From: Mobula hypostoma
Taxonomy: Eukaryota
DNA length: 64,000 nt
NCBI RefSeq assembly: GCF_963921235.1
Contig: NC_086118.1
Span: 25,918,001-25,982,000, forward strand
Reading direction: 5' to 3'
Made by a program: the position numbers and the translations under genes. The notes beneath the pieces are model-generated. The model worked only from the letters and a program-made list of their open reading frames with translations. It was not told where the DNA came from and did not search any database. Positions 1-10,444 of the stretch are shown here, piece by piece (the stretch's first letter is position 1; the number at the start of each line of letters is the position of its first letter).

Positions 1-647
1 TTGGATATACAGCCAACACTTGTTATCCCAGATCTTCCACTCATTCTCAATGAATATAACCTAGATTTGACAATATGAATTTAGAATGGAGGGTGGGGGG
101 AGGAGGAGAGGAATGTACAAATGTTGAAAGTGGCTGCATCAAGAAGCTGGCTTCAGCTATTTGCCTTCTCTCTAAGAGTAGCAAATAACTCCTTCAGGAT
201 ATGCAGATTGGCAGTTTTATCAATTTTCACTTATCACTTGATTGCTAACTTCAAAACCATACAAGTACATACATCACGTGACAAGATTTCATCACTACAG
301 AGTTCTTGGCCCTCACCTCTATCTGCAAGGTATTCTGACACTCTGATTAGCTCCAGCACATTCTGACATGGAGATGTACAGCCTTTCAGCCCACCTGTCT
401 GTATTGACCAAGGTGCCTTCCCGTGGTAGTCCCATTTTCCTGCATTTGGCCTATTTGCTATCGGTAATACCTGTCCAAATGCCTTAACATTGCAATCATA
501 CCCACCTCCATCACCTCCTCTGGCAGCTTGTGACATATACCCACCAGCTTCTGTGTCAAAACATTGTCTCTCAGACTTATATTAAACCGTTAACCCTCTC
601 ACTATAAACCTATGCCTTCTAGTTTTAGACTTCGCTATCCTATGACT

Positions 648-901
648 TTTTTTTTGTGTACCATACTCTGCCAGAGCCTCGGCGACCACTTTTCAAGTGG
701 TTGTCTTGAAGGAAAGATTCTGTGAGTGGTCCCCCACATCCTTCTCACAGCGCAGTCTTTTTTTTTTACGAGGCCGAGTTGGAAGCTCGACACTCAACCC
801 GGCACGGATGGAAAGCGTGCCCGGGGGTGGCCCGAATGGGTTCGAACTCGGGAACCTTCGCTCCAGAGTCCGGCGCTGATGTCATTGCGCCACCAGCCGG
901 C
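648..901 (-). mobile_element. Young tRNA-derived SINE with poly(A) tail and 13-bp TSD
   Basis: Minus-strand head GCCGGCTGGTGGCGCAATG (A box) and GAGTTCGAACCC (B box); CpG-rich; TSD CTATCCTATGACT at 635-647 and 902-914. Confidence 0.85.
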
Positions 902-914
902 CTATCCTATGACT

Positions 915-1400
915 ATCCGCCATAATGTGATGCCCCAACTTATATGCAAAATTCTTTGTCAATGAAAGTGAACATGCTAGTTGCCTTCTTCACATCTATA
1001 TTTACCCTATTCTCATCAAGTCACTTCATCACCTCTTCAAAAGTTTCAATTAAATTTGTAAGACACAAATTCCCTCACAGTTGACTATCTCTATACAATC
1101 CTTGCCTTTCCAAATGAAGACAGACTGTTCTCTTAGACTCTTCTCTAATAACTTTCCTACTATTGATGTTCAGTTCACTGGGCCTATAGCTCTCTGGCTT
1201 GTCCTTGCAGCCCTTCCTCAACAAAGACAAAAATTAGCTACTTTCTAGACTTCCAGTACCTTACCCATGGCTATGGAAGACACAAAAATCTCTGCCAGGG
1301 CTCTAGCCTTGCTTCCCACAAGGATTAACATGGCCAGGCCCCAGTGATTTAAACACCTTTATGCACTTCAAGACTGCCAATATTTCCTCTTTTGTGATAT
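915..1400 (-). mobile_element. Decayed CR1 LINE fragment
   Basis: ORF 1303-1485 contains EEILAVLKCIKVFKSLGPG, a remnant of the CR1 ORF2 KSPGPD motif. Confidence 0.6.
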
Positions 1401-1732
1401 CAGTCTCTGTCTTTGGAACCTGCATCTTCCTAACCCTGTAATCAACATAACACTTAGACCCTAGGATTAACCCTAATAAATGCAAACAATTATTAATCCA
1501 AGTTCAATCATTTCACCAATTATTTTATCAGTATTCTTCATATTATAATATTAATTTGGGAGATTAGATGTAGAAATTGGTGGTGAATACACAAGTAACC
1601 AAGGACAAACATCTATCCTATCATCTTCACTATAAATAAGTAAAACAACTTCATTTGATAATTTCAATTTGCTTCTTAAATAGGACAGCAGCTCATGCTT
1701 ACACAATGACAAAAGGATATGTTGCCTCTTAC

Positions 1733-1803
1733 CTTTTTGTACGTAACTGTAATTTGTCCACCTATTCCTTCTGATAGTGCCCTCCTTCTCACCAGTGTGG
1801 ATT
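1733..1803 (-). CDS. PIK3R6: PIK3R6 exon: ESTLVRRRALSEGIGGQITVTYKK (last exon found in window)
   Basis: ccttgcag/gtaaga boundaries, 71 nt, phase 1-0; similar to PRRRGVAEGPGAELSLCYQK. Confidence 0.89.
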
Positions 1804-2207
1804 CTGCAAGGAAATAGCGAAATGTTTCTCATTATCAGTATATGAAACTGAAATGTCAATGAAATGGTGGATTTAAACTAAGGAACGCTGCCTTCACGAA
1901 AACACATCAGCAAACCTAACTTTATATTTTCTTACAATGTACATTGTACTGAAATGTCACTTTCAACTTTCACAATTGTAACATTTGATTTATCCCTCTT
2001 ATTAAAAAAAAATTAAAACATTTTTTAAGAACATTGGGATTCTTTAAACCTCAGTATTCAAACATCTAAACATAGATGAGTTCAAAAAAAGCCAGCTGTG
2101 TTTTTGCGCAAACAACAGGAATTCTGCAGATGCTGGAAATTCAAGCAACATACATCAAAGTTGCTGGTGAACGCAGCAGGCCAGGCAGCATCTATAGGAA
2201 GAAGCGC

Positions 2208-2243
2208 AGTCGACGTTTCAGGCCGAGACCCTTCGTCAGGACT
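2208..2243 (-). ncRNA. Minimal type I hammerhead ribozyme motif (pLTR), sense to the PIK3R6 pre-mRNA
   Basis: AGUC-CUGACGA-AGG gucucgg CCU-GAAA-C-GUC-GACU on the minus strand. Confidence 0.8.
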
Positions 2244-2842
2244 AACTGAAGGAAGAGTGAGTAAGGGATTTGAAAGCTGGAGGGGGAGGGGGAGATGCAA
2301 AATGATAGGAGAAGACATGGGATGAGACCGCTTTGCTGAACATCTACGCTCTGTCCGCCAGAGAAAGCAGGATCTCCCAGTGGCCACACATTTTAATTCC
2401 ACATCCCATTCCCATTCTGACATGTCTATCCACGGCCTCCTCTACTGTAAAGATGAAGCCACACTCAGGTTGGAGGAACAACACCTTATATTCCGTATGG
2501 GTAGCCTCCAACCTGATGGCATGAACATTGACTTCTCTAACTTCCGCTAGGCCCCACCTCCCCCCGTACCCCATCTGTTACTCTTTTTAATGCACACATT
2601 CTTTCTCTCACTCTCCTTTTTCTCCCTCTGTCCCTCTGAATATACCTCTTGCCCATCCTCTAGGTCACCCCACCCCCGTCTTTCTCCCCGGACCTCCTGT
2701 CCCATGATCCTCTCGTATCCCCTTCTGCCTATCACCTGTCCAGCTCTCGGCTCCATCCCTCCCCCTCCTGTCTTCTCCTATCATTTTGCATCTCCCCCTC
2801 CCCCTCCAGCTTTCAAATCCCTTACTCACTCTTCCTTCAGTT

Positions 2843-2878
2843 AGTCCTGACGAAGGGTCTCGGCCTGAAACGTCGACT
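2843..2878 (+). ncRNA. Minimal type I hammerhead ribozyme motif (pLTR); predicted cleavage after 2874
   Basis: Core CUGACGA 2847-2853, stem II AGG/CCU, GAAA 2867-2870, GUC triplet 2872-2874, stem I AGUC/GACU. Confidence 0.82.
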
Positions 2879-3399
2879 GCGCTTCTTCCTATAGATGCTG
2901 CCTGGCCTGCTGCGTTCACCAGCAACTTTGATGTATGCAGCTGTGTTTTTGGTTTATTTTGATATGAATTCCTTTGGAATTTCTTTTAAATATCAAACCT
3001 TTTACAAATTCCTGTCCTGATAAGTCACCTGGAAATTCCCCTTCCACTCCCAGCATGTACATCTAGTTTAAAATAAATCCCAGCAGGTGCAGTGGCCTTT
3101 CTACATGACTATATCACACTAGAACGATCAACATGTTCCATGGTTCCCTGCCTAGTGAGTGGCATTTTCAGTTTTAGTAACACTTGGTGTGTGTTTGCCA
3201 GCCTGATGCAATCAAAGCTAGTGATTGGGATAATGACTAACATTTTTCTGGAGATTTGCATCTGAGTTCTTCTACTGTTTGCCATTTCCCTACCTATTCA
3301 TTAGTACCTCACTATTGATGGATGTGTTGTGCAATCACACCCTATTGTGGACTCCTTCCACAAGACACCATTTTGGAGAACATACACATCATGCATATA

Positions 3400-3939
3400 C
3401 ACTCAGTGGTCACCTTTTTATATGCAGGAGGTACACTGAGTGTATTTCTGTATGTTCATTGCCTTCTGCTGCTGTAGACCATCCACTTCAAGGTTCAACA
3501 TGTTGTGCATTCAGAGATGCTCTTCTGCACTCCATTGTTCTAATGTGTGGTTATTTGAGTTATTGTTACCTTCCTGTCAGCTTGAGCCAGTCTGGCCATT
3601 CTCTGACCTCATTAAGAAGGCATTTTCACCCACAAAACTGCTGCTGACTTTTTTTTTGTTTTTCACACCATTCTCTGTAACCTCTGGAAACTGTTGTGCG
3701 TGAAAATCCCAGCAGTTCTTCATATACTGAAACCATTCCATCAAACCCACCAACTTTGGTATTCCATGGTCAAATTCACTTAGATCACATTTCTTCCCCA
3801 TTCTGATGTTTGATCTGACAACAAATGAACCACTTGGCCGTGTCTGTATGATATGAGATGCTGCCACATGATTGGCTAATCAGATGTTTGTATTAACGAG
3901 CAGGAGTACTGGTGTACCAAATAAAGTAGCCACTGAGTA
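3400..3939. mobile_element. Non-autonomous Tc1/mariner derivative
   Basis: Imperfect TIRs CACTCAGTGG... / ...CCACTGAGTA flanked by TA; minus-strand remnant MGKKCDLSEFDHG typical of Tc1 transposase N-termini. Confidence 0.8.
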
Positions 3940-4541
3940 TATGTGATATTCTTTCAAAGTATTCTCTTGATCCAAGTTGACTAAGCAAGCGCCCACTTTT
4001 TTGTATGTACAGATAACTGTATCTCTGAATAGCAGAAGGTCAGAACAGGCAGAGATCGATCTATCTGCAGAATATAGAATATCTAACCTAGCTGAATCAC
4101 CACTTCAAACCATACGTGCCATGATTGGTGATGGTCTTTTGCAGAATCTTGTAATCCACGTTATGCAGCAAAGTGGTAAATTTATTTTTTATTGTCACAT
4201 GTACCGATATGTACTGTGAAAAATGTGTTGCATAATGTTTGTAGAGACTAATTCATTATAATAGTGCTTTGGCGTAGTACAAGGTAAAACAATAAAATAA
4301 TGCAGAATGAAGTGTGGCAATAAGGTGCAAGGAGGTAATGAGGCAAATTGTGCAGTTAGAGTCAATTTTTATCATGCTAAGGAACTGCTCAGTAGCCTTA
4401 TAACAGCAGGAGGGAAGCTGTCCTTGAACATGATAGTACATGCTGTCAGGCTTTTGTACCCACTGCCCGAAGGGAGGTTTTTGGTTATGCTGATTGATTT
4501 ACCAAGGCAACAAGAAGTATAGACAGAGTCTATGGAGGGGA

Positions 4542-4620
4542 ACACACACAAATGCTGGAGGAACTCTGCAGGCCAGGCAGTATCTATGGAAAAGAGTATA
4601 GTTGACGTTTTGGGCCGAAA
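4542..4620 (-). mobile_element. 79-bp Penelope pLTR fragment nested in a LINE remnant
   Basis: Similar to the pLTR of 2107-2937; flanked by direct repeat GGAGGGGA (4534-4541 and 4621-4628). Confidence 0.7.
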
Positions 4621-7554
4621 GGAGGGGAGGCTGGTTTCCGTGATGTGCTTAGCTGTGTTCACAACTCACTGCAGTTTCTTGCTGTCACGGCAGTGCAATT
4701 GCCGTATCAACCATGATGTATCTAGGTAGAATGCTTTCTATGATGCAATGGTAAAAAATTGGTAAGGGTCAAAGGAGACACGTCATGTTTCTTCTGACCA
4801 TTCTGCGTATAGGGAGCATTGTGAGGACCTTCTCTCCACATTCTGAAATGTTCTCAGTTAGAACAAACAGCTGGTCCAATCTCTCCCACTTGCCATTCTA
4901 AACTTCTTAGATATGAGATAAGAAATTAAGGGAGTCTGTGCTCTCTGTGTCTTCACGTTGTCTGGCCTAGCAATAGAAGGATTTTGGATCATGAATGTGC
5001 CAGTTTTCATGCACATTTTTGAGCATCCTCTAACTTAAAGCTGCTGATCAAAAACTTCCCTCTGCAAAAGTTTATTTCATACTCTGGCTTGGAAGATGAA
5101 ACTGGCGAATCCCAAGGCAAGAGGTTTCTCTGAATCCTTAGCTTTTGGAGCTGCATTTAGATATAAATCAGAACAAATTAGCAACTGAAGGAATAGATCT
5201 GCGTACATTCCTGTAGCTGGCACATTTCCCTTTAACTCTCTCTTGCTTTTGAACACTATTGTGGATGAGGAACTTCTTGATGTTTGCTTTGATTGCTTTT
5301 GAACACTAAATCAGGGAGTTGAAAAGCTTTGTGGTTCTCCCACCTGTGTGTAGACAGAAAGGATTCACACGGAGTTCAGTTCCGGACAAGTTTTTTCTTT
5401 ATTACAAGTTGGCATCAACAGGGGAGTCACTTGTCCTAGAACATATGCTCCCCGATCGAAAGTTTTCAGTATTTTATGCTATTTTTATCTATTTTCCCCC
5501 CACTACCTCTACCCCACATTTGCTGTGTATACATAGCCTTTTGAAGTGACAAGATCACAGCACCCATGTTTTAGGTCAGCTGTATGCAGTTCTGCTTTTA
5601 CCTTATGTACAATGCAAGCTCCAGTCTTGGAGTTTTATGAAGCTGTTGCTAGGCTTGTGTCCAGTGTTCACTGTGGTTTACCTTAGCGTACAATGTGGCT
5701 TGGGCTGGTTGAGCCTGTACAGACTTTCGCTGCCTGGTACCAACTCTGTAGGGTCCCTCTTTACCTCTCTGCTACATGCTTATCCCAATCTCTCTCTGTT
5801 AAACTACAGAACCAAGAATTCACTGTTCCCTGCTACACTGTGTGATCCATTTAAGTTCCTCATTGTTTTCTAGGACCATCAGTTTCATGTTCAGCTTTTA
5901 TATTCCTTTGTCAGCCCTCTGGTCTTCCTATGGGTAACAGTCAACTAGCAGGATGAAATGGGGAGTAAGGAACACTGGCATAATTTTGGTGAATGTAACA
6001 CAGCAAATCAAAATTATTGTTGTTTTTAAGAGGCTGTAGGAGAAAAGAGGACCGCTTTAATATCACAAGCAGCTTTGGGAACCCCTTATCTACAATACTC
6101 CTTCTCCCTTATGATAATGCACTGTGACTTCTTTATACAGGGGTATGGGCAGCCAGAGGATGTGGTTGAAGCAGGAGTTAAATGTTACAATTGCAACATT
6201 TAAGAGGTACATGGAGGGGAAGGGCCTGAAGGGTTATGAGCCAAACACAGGCACCTGGGACTAGCAGACAGGCTGCTGTGGTCAGTGTAGACCAGTTGTG
6301 CCGAAAAGCCTGTTTTCATGCTGTTTTACTCACTGACTCTATGAATAAAAGAGCACAATCTTCAAACTGTTCTGGAATTTGTTTGATTGAAAACAAAACA
6401 TATTTAATGTTATTAAGGATGATTTTAATAATAAATTTAAGCCTGAAAGATTCACACTGAAATCGTGCCTTAATACTTCAAGACATCCCAAAGCAATTTA
6501 AAACCAATTTACTATCGATTAAAGTGTTAAAATATTGGAAATATGTCAGGCTTTTCAACAAATAAAACTTTAACTAATATGAAAATGACTAAATCATGTA
6601 CTTTATCAAAGCAAATTGAGTGGTAAGCACCAGCCAGGGAACAAGTGGAAACCATCCCCTGTCCCCCACTCTACCCATTGAAGTTTATAAGAGTTATTAT
6701 CATCTGTAGTGTGCCACTGAGACTGCATAAGAACATAAGGAGTCGACCATCTGGCCTATGAAGTCTGCTCTGCAATTCAATAAGACTATGGCTGATCCGG
6801 CCATGGATTCAGCTCCACCTACCTGCCTTTTCACCACAACCCTCAATTCCCTTTTTATACAGAAATCTATCTAATGGTGTCTTAAATATACTTAATGAGG
6901 TAACCTCCACTGCTTCCCTGGGCAAAGAATTCCACAGACTCACTGATCTCTGGGAAAAGCAGTTTCTCCTCATCTCTGTCCTAAATCTATTACCTGTACC
7001 TTGAATCTTGAGGTTATGTCCCCTTGTTCAAGTCTCACCAGTGGAAACAACTTCCTGCCTCTAGTTTATCTCTTTTTATAATTTCATGTTTTTCTATAAA
7101 TTCACCCTGCAATGGATAGTCAAAACTGCCTAATATATCACTGGCACCAGCCTTCCCACCATCAGTGACGTATACTGTACAGAGAAAGGTGCCAGAACAG
7201 GGCCAGTAATAACATAAAGGATCCCACCCACTCTGCTCACCCTCCCACTCCCATCAGGGAGGATGGCTACATAGCATCCATGCCAGAACCACCAGAATCA
7301 AAAATAGCTAGTTTCCCCAAGAAGTAAGGTTGATCAACACCTCCACTCGCTAACTCACCCCTCCAATCACCCCACCACCACTACTTTATCATTTTCTGTC
7401 AGTCACCTTATGTAGAGTCACTCCTGTGCCTCACGTTATTTTAAAGGTCAATATAAGCTATCTTATATATTTACATTATTATATTTTTTAGGCAACATAC
7501 ATCAAAGTTGCTGGTGAACGCAGCAGGCCAAGCAGCATCTATAGGAAGAGGTGC

Positions 7555-7590
7555 AGTTGACGTTTCAGGCCGAGACCCTTCGTCAGGACT
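7555..7590 (-). ncRNA. Hammerhead ribozyme motif with one stem I mismatch
   Basis: AGUC-CUGACGA-AGGgucucggCCU-GAAA-C-GUC-AACU on the minus strand. Confidence 0.7.
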
Positions 7591-8813
7591 AACTGAAGGA
7601 AGAGTGAGTAAGGGATTTGAAAGTTGGAGGGGGAGGGGGAGATCCAAAATGATAGGAGAAGACAGGAGGGGGAGGGATAGAGCTGAGAGCTGGACAGGTG
7701 ATAGGCAAAAGGGGATACGAGAGGATCATGGGACAGGAGGTCCGGGAAGAAAGAGAAAGACAAGGGGGGGGGTGACCCAGAGGATGGGCAAGAGGTATAT
7801 TCAGAGGGACAGAGGGAGAAAAAGGAGAGTGAGAGAAAGAATGTGTGCATAAAAATGAGTAACAGATGGGGTACGAGGGGGAGGTGGGGCCTTAGCGGAA
7901 GTTAGAGAAGTCGATGTTCATGCCATCAGGTTGGAGGCTACCCAGACGGAATATAAGGTGTTGTTCCTCCAACCTGAGTGTGGCTTCATCTCCACAGTAG
8001 AGGAGGCCGTGGACAGACATGTCAGAATGGGAATGGGATGTGGAATTAAAATGTGTGGCCACTGGGAGATCCTGCTTTCTCTGGCGGACAGAGCGTAGAT
8101 GTTCAGCAAAGCGGTCTCCCAGTCTGCGTCGGGTCTCACCAATATATAAAAGGCCGCATCGGGAGCACCGGACGCAGTATATCACCCCAGTCGACTCACA
8201 GGTGAAGTGATGCCTCACCTGGAAGGACTGTTTGGGGCCCTGAATGGTGGTAAGGGAGGAAGTGTAAGGGCATGTGTAGCACTTGTTCTGCTTACACGGA
8301 TAAGTGCCAGGAGGGAGATCAGTGGGGAGGGATGGGGGGGACGAATGGACAAGGGAGTTGTGTAGGGAGCGATCCCTGCGGAATGCAGAGAGATGGGGGG
8401 AGGGAAAGATGTGCTTAATGGTGGGATCCTGTTGGTGGTGGCAGAAGTTGTCGACTGCACCTCTTCCTATAGATGCTGCTTGGCCTGCTGCGTTCACCAG
8501 CAACTTTGATGTATGTTGCTTGAATTTCCAGCATCTGCAGAATTCCTGTTGTTTGCGTTAAATTCACTACTGCGAAGCCTCTTCCGGTGATGCCTACACC
8601 GAAGAAGTTTAGATCCTCTCTTCGACGGGAGTTCAGTGAAACCATCTCTCACTGCTCCCCATCTGTAATTTCTTCGGCTCTTCAACTTTTCGACCACACT
8701 TTGACTCAGACTCGCTATCACAGCTATCCCTCCCCCTCCTGTCTTCTCCTATCATTTTGGATCTCCCCCTCCCCCTCCAACTTTCAAATCCCTTACTCAC
8801 TCTTCCTTCAGTT

Positions 8814-8849
8814 AGTCCTGACGAAGGGTCTCGGCCTGAAACGTCGACT
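8814..8849 (+). ncRNA. Minimal type I hammerhead ribozyme motif; predicted cleavage after 8845
   Basis: Identical core and stems to the 2843-2878 copy. Confidence 0.82.
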
Positions 8850-9174
8850 GCACCTCTTCCTATAGATGCTGCTTGGCCTGCTGCGTTCACCAGCAACTTT
8901 GATGTATGTTGCTTGAATTTCCAGCATCTGCAGAATTCCTGTTGTTTGCGTTAAATTATATTTTTTATATTTTTTTATATTCTTATTGTGCTTTCTTTTG
9001 TGTTGCATCAGATCCAGAGTAACACTTATTTCTTTCTCCTATACACTTGTGTTTTGGAAATGAAATTAAATAAGCTTGAATCTTCTTCTGAAGAAGATGC
9101 AACTCAATCTCTCCTGAATGGTTAACCTCCTCACTTCCTCTGCACTGCCTCCAAAGCCAGTATGTCTTTCCTCA

Positions 9175-10440
9175 ACAACACACACAATATGTTGGATGAA
9201 CTTAGCAGGTCAAGCAGCATCTATGAAAATAGATAAACATTCGATGTTTTGAGCTGAGTCCCTTCGTCAGGACGAGATAGGGGGAAGATGCCAAAATAAA
9301 AAGCGGTGGGGGAGGGGAAGGAAGCTACCTAGAGAGAGTGAGTAGCTTCAAGTTCCTGGGTGTCAAGTTCTCTGAGGATCTAACCTGGTCCCAGCATATT
9401 GATGTAGTCATAAAGAAGGCAAGACAGCAGCTATACTTTATTAGGAGTTTGAAGTGATTTGGCATGTCAACAAATACGCTTAAAGACTTCTATAGTTGCA
9501 CCATGGAGAGCATTCTGACAGGCTGCATCACTGTCTGAGGGGCTACTGCACAGGACTGAAAGGAGTTGCAGAAGCTTGTAAATCTAATCAGCTCCATCTT
9601 GGGTACTAGCCTACAAAGTACCCAGGACTTCTTTAGGAAGCAATGTCTCAGAAAGGCTGCGTCCATTATTAAAGACCTCCAGCACCAAGGGCGTATACTT
9701 TTCTCACTGTTACCATCAAGTAGGAGATACAGAAGCCTGAAGGCACACACTCAGAGATTCAAGAACAGCTTTTTCCCCTCCGCCATCCAATTCCTAAATG
9801 GCCTTGGAAGCTCTGGACACTACCTCACTTTTTTTAAAATATACAGTATTTCTGTTTTTGCACTTTTAAAAAATAATCTATTCAATATATGTAATTGATT
9901 TACTTGTTTATTTATTATGTTTTATTATTATTATTACCTTTTGTCTCTCTCTCTCTGCTAGATTATGTATAGCATTGAACTGCTGCTGCTGAGTAAACAA
10001 ATTTCACGTCACATGCCGGTGATAATAAACCTGATTCTGATTCTGAGATGATGGGTGAAGCCAGGTAGGTGGGAAAAGTAAAAGGCTGGAGAAGAAGGAA
10101 TCTGATAGGATAGGAGAGTTGACCCTGGAAGAAAGGAAAGAAGGAGGGCACCAGATAAGGTGATAGGCAAGTGAGAAGAGGTAAGAGGCCAGAGTGAGGT
10201 ATAGAAGAGGGAAGGGGGTAGGGAAAAGAGGAAAAAAAAATAATGGTAGAAATCGATGTTCATGCCAGCAGTTTGAAGGTTAGCTAGACAGAATATGAGC
10301 TGTTGCTCCTCCACCCTGAAAGTGGCTTCATATGGCAGAAGAGGAGGCCATGGATTGACAATGAGGAACAGGAATGGGGATAAGGCTAAAATAGTTGGCC
10401 ACTGGGAAATTCAGCTTTTGACGGATGGAGTGAAGGTGCT
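9175..10440 (-). mobile_element. Older Penelope-like 3' fragment split by a nested LINE
   Basis: pLTR at about 9175-9325; 3' UTR and GIY-YIG tail (EEQQLIFCLANLQTAGMNIDF) at about 10046-10440. Confidence 0.75.
9337..10045 (+). mobile_element. Rex1/Babar- or L2-type LINE 3' fragment with (GATTCT)n tail
   Basis: ORF 9566-9898 LFSLLPSSRRYRSLKAHTQRFKNSFFPSAI. Related fragments at about 20620-21060(-), 42955-43250, 44570-45098, 45710-47290(-), 48175-48790 and 55730-57368. Confidence 0.8.
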
Positions 10441-10444
10441 TTAC

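Larger units (their letters stand above)
2107..2937 (+). mobile_element. Penelope-like element, 5'-truncated, with inverted pLTR copy and 14-bp TSD
   Basis: GIY-YIG C-terminal coding remnant (RFAEHLRSVRQRKQDLPVATHFN...QPDGMN) on the plus strand; arms 2149-2317 and 2769-2937 are inverted copies; TSD CAGCTGTGTTTTTG at 2093-2106 and 2938-2951. Confidence 0.92.
7491..8954 (-). mobile_element. Composite Penelope-like insertion (GIY-YIG endonuclease part plus two inverted segments) with 13-bp TSD
   Basis: ORF 7892-8503 has an intact GIY-YIG domain (GVIYCVRCSRCGLLYIGETRRRLGDRFAEH). Plus-strand segments are 8450-8723 (pLTR tail into ORF start) and 8724-8954 (pLTR). TSD ATTATATTTTTTA at 7478-7490 and 8955-8967. 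Confidence 0.93.

Noticed and set aside
121..536. ORFs 121-366(+) and 234-536(-) as the next PIK3R6 exon
   Set aside because: No frame I read resembles the expected ALLSHRPREVTVSLRATG segment with suitable splice sites; the remaining exons probably lie outside the window
830..901. tRNA gene
   Set aside because: The A and B boxes belong to a SINE head followed by a body, A-tail and TSD; there is no complete cloverleaf
2082..9008. Recurrent MLVNAAGQAASIGR ORFs as a small gene family or CRISPR-like array
   Set aside because: They are antisense translations of dispersed Penelope pLTRs, with no regular repeat-spacer periodicity and a eukaryotic context
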